Below, one piece after another: positions 6,785-10,795 of a stretch of 10,795 nucleotides of DNA (positions are counted from its first letter, which is position 1; every line of letters starts with the position of its first letter). Source of the DNA: an uncultured Dehalococcoidia bacterium (GTDB taxonomy: Bacteria; Chloroflexota; Dehalococcoidia; Lucifugimonadales; UBA3495). The stretch covers positions 1-10,795 of the forward strand of contig CATMOE010000091.1 in NCBI GenBank assembly GCA_950072105.1. The letters run 5' to 3'. The position numbers and the translations under genes were made by a program. The notes beneath the pieces are model-generated. The model saw only the letters and a list, made by a program, of their open reading frames with translations, searched no databases and was not told the DNA's origin.

Positions 6785-7828
6785 ATGGGTAAACTTTCCG
6801 CGATTTGCCGCCTTTTCAGCAGTTGGTATGTATCGGGCCCCTTGCTCGCTGTCTTGGGCATCGTCGTAGGCGCTTGGGTGTTCTTTAACGTCTATCCCGG
6901 CAAGCCCAAGATCGGCGTGATAGACATTCCCTTCACGGTTATCAATGACGATTCGGCCTTTGTCATCAGCACATTCCTGGGATATGCCCGCCGCGATGAC
7001 TCTATCAAGGGGGTATTCATCCGGCTGAACAGCCCCGGCGGCGGAGCTGCCGCCAGTGAACAATTGTATTTCGAAACACGGGCACTGCGAGAGAAAAAGC
7101 CCGTGGTCATCATCATGAATGATATCGTCGCCAGCGGCGGCTATATGATGTCCATGGGCGCCAACTATCTTTACACCAAGCCCAGTTCCTTCATCGGCAA
7201 CATAGGGGTTATTCTCTCGTACCCCGGTCCCCTTATCTCTCGTACGCCCGGTGAGCAGGTCGTTCCAACCGGCCCTTTTAAGCTTAGCGGCGGCGGGCGG
7301 CGTTACTATATTGGGCTGACCGACCAGTTGAAGCAGTCTTTCGCCTCGATCGTGATGACCGAGCGGGCAGATGTACTGAAGATCCCCCGGTCGGAAGTGC
7401 TCAGCGGCCGCATCTGGGCGGGAGTTGAGGGCGTCAAACTTGGTATCGCCGACGAGATCGGCGGAGATACCGATGCCATAAAAAAGACGGCGAGCCTGGC
7501 TGGCATCTCCAACTACGATTTGGTAGACGTGAATACCGAGGTCTTTCGCAATTTCAACAAACAGTTCAAACGGATCATCGAGCCTTTGGAAGAAACCGAC
7601 TCCTCGCCCAGTCTGGCCGGCACTGCGGGCTTGATCGCCACCTTGAGGAGCAGTCAGTCTTCCACCCAAGCCACGGACGACGTGTTTACGCCGGTCGACG
7701 TAGGAAGCCTGCGCCGGTACATCGTACCCTCTGGCTTGGGCGAAACGCAGGAAGAAGTCCTGCCGGAATTTCCAATGAAGATAAACGGTCCAAACGTGTA
7801 TTACTTATATGTCGGCCCTAATCAATAG
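6785..7828 (+). CDS. sppA: S49-family serine peptidase (signal peptide peptidase SppA-like, short single-domain type) with N-terminal transmembrane anchor
   Basis: IKGVFIRLNSPGG, VASGGY (catalytic Ser), IGNIGV, TGPFK (candidate catalytic Lys), SGRIWAG..GVKLGIADEIGG. Hydrophobic segment PLLAVLGIVVGAWVFF. Confidence 0.9.
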   Translation: MGKLSAICRLFSSWYVSGPLLAVLGIVVGAWVFFNVYPGKPKIGVIDIPFTVINDDSAFVISTFLGYARRDDSIKGVFIRLNSPGGGAAASEQLYFETRALREKKPVVIIMNDIVASGGYMMSMGANYLYTKPSSFIGNIGVILSYPGPLISRTPGEQVVPTGPFKLSGGGRRYYIGLTDQLKQSFASIVMTERADVLKIPRSEVLSGRIWAGVEGVKLGIADEIGGDTDAIKKTASLAGISNYDLVDVNTEVFRNFNKQFKRIIEPLEETDSSPSLAGTAGLIATLRSSQSSTQATDDVFTPVDVGSLRRYIVPSGLGETQEEVLPEFPMKINGPNVYYLYVGPNQ

Positions 7829-9137
7829 ATTTGGAAGGCTAGGCCTTCTGCTAGTGTTCGGCGTCGGAGCCTTTCTGGTTGTCTATTTCTATTTCTACGG
7901 AGTAGGCGGTTACGACGCTCCTCCACCCACCGTACTACCCATAGAGGGCATTACAGCGCCGTCTTCTGAGTTGCGCTTGTTTGACGAGTCCCCCCTCATA
8001 CAAAAGGGCACTCTTTTGATCGACGGTATCCACGGCAATGATTTCACCAAAAGTGAGCTGGCGGCTCTCATCTCCAGGGTCAACGACCGGGGCTACGAAG
8101 TGGAGTTCATGGGAACCGTGGGCCGCTTTGGAAACTTCTCCAGTCTTTCAGAGAGCCCCAGGCTAACTCTGATGACGGAAAAGTTGCGGCGCGCCGACAG
8201 TTTGGCGGTGATTCTTCCCATCGACGACTATACTCCAGAAGAAGTTGATCTGGTTGAGCGATTCATTCTGCGCAAGGGTGGCAAGGTTCTGCTCCTAGCC
8301 GACCCGACCCGACGTCACCAGATAAATAGCCTGGCCGAGCGATTTGGCCTGGCGTTCCAGACCGATTACCTATACAACACCACCGAATATGACCTCAATT
8401 TCCAGAACGTCTTCATTAGCAACTTCCGAGAGGACGAGGTAACCAAAGGCCTGGAGAAAATCGCTCTCTACACCGCCGGTTCCATCAGAACGCCCAATCC
8501 GGGCTTGGCTTTTACCGATGGCGGGACCCATTCCTCAATGTTGGAGCAGATCGAACCCTTTTATCCATTGGTTAAAGCCGCGGAAGGCCGGGTTCTGGCC
8601 TTGTCTGACTTCACCTTCATGATTCCACCGAGAAACGCCATATTGGACAATAATAAGCTGATCTCCAACATTGCCGACTACTTGACGTCCAGCCAACGGA
8701 GCTTTGAACTGGCCGATTTCCCCGGGTTCTTTAAAGACGACGTTGATATCCTGCTAGGAAACTCCGAGTTGTTCGACGTAGGAGGAGACCTGAAAGACGG
8801 GCTGGCCGCCTTCCGGATCAATGCGGAGGTGCGTGGCGTTGAGGACATCACCAAGGATATGGTCTACGTAGGCCTTTACGAGGATTCCGCCGATGTGGCC
8901 CAGTATTTGGAGCTAGCCGGATTAGGAGTGGATGACGTTATTCGTACCCCGTTCACTCCTGACATCCAACGGGAAGATACCGCCATCATCATGCTCAATA
9001 CTGGCCCCGAGCGCCAGGTATTGGTAATTTTGGGCGATTCGGAATCTGCCCTCAGGGATGTGGTGGTCCGACTTAGCCAGGGCAGTTTCAGGGACGGCCT
9101 GGTGGGTGATTTTGTAGGAGTGTACCGCACCCCATGA
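7809..9137 (+). CDS. Membrane-anchored protein with DUF4350/GldG-like (GATase-1-like fold) domain plus a C-terminal alpha/beta domain
   Basis: N-terminal TM (LGLLLVFGVGAFLVVYFYFY). LLIDGIHGN, LRRADSLAVILP..DYTPEEVDLVERFI..GGKVLLLADP, INSLAERFGL, GRVLALSD..., DNNKLISNIADYL resemble the DUF4350/GldG pattern. Overlaps the upstream gene by 20 nt. The CDS is confident; the family is recognised by eye only. Confidence 0.75.
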   Translation: MSALINRFGRLGLLLVFGVGAFLVVYFYFYGVGGYDAPPPTVLPIEGITAPSSELRLFDESPLIQKGTLLIDGIHGNDFTKSELAALISRVNDRGYEVEFMGTVGRFGNFSSLSESPRLTLMTEKLRRADSLAVILPIDDYTPEEVDLVERFILRKGGKVLLLADPTRRHQINSLAERFGLAFQTDYLYNTTEYDLNFQNVFISNFREDEVTKGLEKIALYTAGSIRTPNPGLAFTDGGTHSSMLEQIEPFYPLVKAAEGRVLALSDFTFMIPPRNAILDNNKLISNIADYLTSSQRSFELADFPGFFKDDVDILLGNSELFDVGGDLKDGLAAFRINAEVRGVEDITKDMVYVGLYEDSADVAQYLELAGLGVDDVIRTPFTPDIQREDTAIIMLNTGPERQVLVILGDSESALRDVVVRLSQGSFRDGLVGDFVGVYRTP

Positions 9138-10684
9138 GAATAAAGTTGCGCAGTTTTGGTTGGCTGATCACGGGCGGGATTCTGCTTCTGGCAATAGGGT
9201 GCGGGTCCGCCGCGCCGGCCGCCCGCCCGTCTTTGGATGCTCCAACACAGACTCCCAATATCCCTGCGACAGAAGCAGCAAAAGGTCCGGCCGTTCCGGT
9301 GCGTATTCCCACAGCCACACCAGTGCCGCCCGAGGTCAGCCAGACAGCTAAGAAATTCGCCTCCGGATATCTTGTGGTAAACGAAGAATGGGACGAGCTT
9401 CACCGGTATTTCGACAAGTGGCGCCAGGGACTGATCACCTGCGACCCTAGCTCGGTGCAATCCACCCTTGTTCGGTTCTCCGGAAGTTTTGCCGGAATAA
9501 CCGAGACCGCCAGATCTCTGTCCCGGCATTCTGCCGTACGCGATCTTTCGGACCAGCTCATCAAGGCCGCCGAAGAAGAAGAGCAGGCACTGCGCCGATT
9601 GCGGGACAACTGGAAGCCTAATTCAGGTGAAGCCGAGCCGGCAAACGGGTCTGGGGCTTCTGGTTCGGGGTCCGACGGCTCGGGCTCTGGTCAAGCAGGG
9701 AGTCAAGATCTGCCGGTGTTTGAGGGCGTAGCCGTTGCCCGTTCCGCCGCTTCGGCCATCCAAAAGAGCGTAGCCGACCAGCTTAGCGACCTCCAAGAAA
9801 AGACCGGCCCGGCTTCCGAAAGCAAAGTGGGCGAATTTTCCGACGCGGTCAAGTCGGCAAGCGACTCATGGGACCGATTCCACCGGGATTATGATTCCTT
9901 CCGTACCGGCCAAAGTGGGCTTACGCCGGAACAAGCGGAGGGGGCCTTAGGGGGCTTGGTGGACGATTTCAGGGCGGTGGTTCAAGCTATTCGAGATTTG
10001 CCTTCCACCTCCGCGACCGACTCGGTGGCCTCGCTTTTGGCGGAAGCTGTTGAAGAAGAAGATTTGGCCCTGCGTCTCCTGAGAGGGGCCTTGCCTAAAT
10101 CGGTGGAGAACTCCACGGAACCGTCCGCGAACGGTGATGAATCGACTGATGAGATTGTCCTGGTTCCCGGCGACCCCGCGCTGTTCGATCTCTTTGATGT
10201 TCAGATCGTGGAGGCTAACAGTGCCCGGCGTCAGGCTCGTAAAGAGCTGGCATCAGCAACAGAGTCGGTTTCCGCGGATAGCCGCGCCGCGATAGAAGCA
10301 TTCGCCACCCAATACGCGGCTCTGAATCAGGAATGGGACGCTTTCCACAACAATTACGACCGTTGGCGCAGCACCGAGGGCGGCTGTGACCGGACAAAAG
10401 CCGTTGAAGCTCTGGGCGGATTTACTCTTCGTTCAGCCGAACTAAGCGGCAGCGTGCGTGACTTGCCCAGAGCCACCTTCCTACGGCCCTTAGGTGAGTT
10501 GATGGTAGAAGCCGCTGAAAGAGAGGAAAGCGCTCTTAGGGAGTTGCGGACTTCATGGAGGCCCTTCGACCCCCAGGCTTTCCAAACTTTGGACCGCCAG
10601 CGCAACACTTCCGGTAAACTGAGGCGCCAGGTAGCCCTAGGTATCGCGGAACTTCTGGAGAGCTACGGTATCGCCGCGCCCTGA
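9134..10684 (+). CDS. Hypothetical lipoprotein with three internal helical repeats
   Basis: ATGA start/stop overlap with the previous gene. Signal peptide ending LLLAIGC (Cys23), Pro/Thr/Ala tether, three repeats with W86/W246/W401 and H90/H250/H405. Confidence 0.85.
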   Translation: MRIKLRSFGWLITGGILLLAIGCGSAAPAARPSLDAPTQTPNIPATEAAKGPAVPVRIPTATPVPPEVSQTAKKFASGYLVVNEEWDELHRYFDKWRQGLITCDPSSVQSTLVRFSGSFAGITETARSLSRHSAVRDLSDQLIKAAEEEEQALRRLRDNWKPNSGEAEPANGSGASGSGSDGSGSGQAGSQDLPVFEGVAVARSAASAIQKSVADQLSDLQEKTGPASESKVGEFSDAVKSASDSWDRFHRDYDSFRTGQSGLTPEQAEGALGGLVDDFRAVVQAIRDLPSTSATDSVASLLAEAVEEEDLALRLLRGALPKSVENSTEPSANGDESTDEIVLVPGDPALFDLFDVQIVEANSARRQARKELASATESVSADSRAAIEAFATQYAALNQEWDAFHNNYDRWRSTEGGCDRTKAVEALGGFTLRSAELSGSVRDLPRATFLRPLGELMVEAAEREESALRELRTSWRPFDPQAFQTLDRQRNTSGKLRRQVALGIAELLESYGIAAP

Positions 10685-10734
10685 TTCGCCGGTTAATTCC
10701 GGACATGGGCCGGCCGTTAACTGTTGGCAACCAG

Positions 10735-10753
10735 CAAAAGTGGGACACTTTTG
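10735..10753. promoter_or_regulatory. Inverted repeat (operator or weak terminator) upstream of a possible next gene
   Basis: CAAAAGTG-GGA-CACTTTTG, immediately followed by AAGGAG (10756-10761) and ATG at 10773. Confidence 0.4.
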
Positions 10754-10795
10754 TTAAGGAGAGATCAGGGGGATGTGGCAGTATTGTAGGACTCC

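Noticed and set aside
6758..7669. 303-aa minus-strand ORF
   Set aside because: Antisense shadow of the S49 peptidase.
9620..9703. Gly/Ser-rich stretch (GSGASGSGSDGSGSG) as a DNA tandem repeat
   Set aside because: Codons vary, so it is a low-complexity protein loop inside repeat 1 rather than a nucleotide repeat.
1..10795. CRISPR array, rRNA, IS transposase or recognisable riboswitch
   Set aside because: No regularly spaced 25-45 bp repeats, rRNA-like segments, transposase motifs or riboswitch consensus were seen by eye.

Overview
GC-rich bacterial window. The gene content and Pro/Thr-linker lipoproteins suggest Chloroflexota (Dehalococcoidia/SAR202-like), but this is inference only. The left part (1..~1870) looks like one end of a genomic island integrated at the 3' end of tRNA-Pro(GGG). 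It holds a partial ORF, an XRE-HTH gene with an apparent frameshift, and an intact tyrosine integrase with tandem 10-bp repeats between it and the tRNA. The middle holds a family III CoA-transferase and a convergent alpha/beta hydrolase separated by a perfect 26-bp GTAG-type REP-like palindrome. Next come back-to-back sigma70-like promoters, tRNA-Gln(CTG), and a stand-alone family 5 ABC substrate-binding lipoprotein. The right part is a three-gene operon with overlapping genes behind a near-consensus promoter. It encodes a membrane-anchored S49/SppA protease, a membrane-anchored DUF4350/GldG-like protein with an extra alpha/beta domain, and a lipoprotein made of three ~155-160 aa helical repeats with conserved W-D-x-(F/L)-H and acidic motifs. 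This operon is the best candidate for an undescribed cell-surface system. All family calls come from motif recognition by eye; no searches were run.
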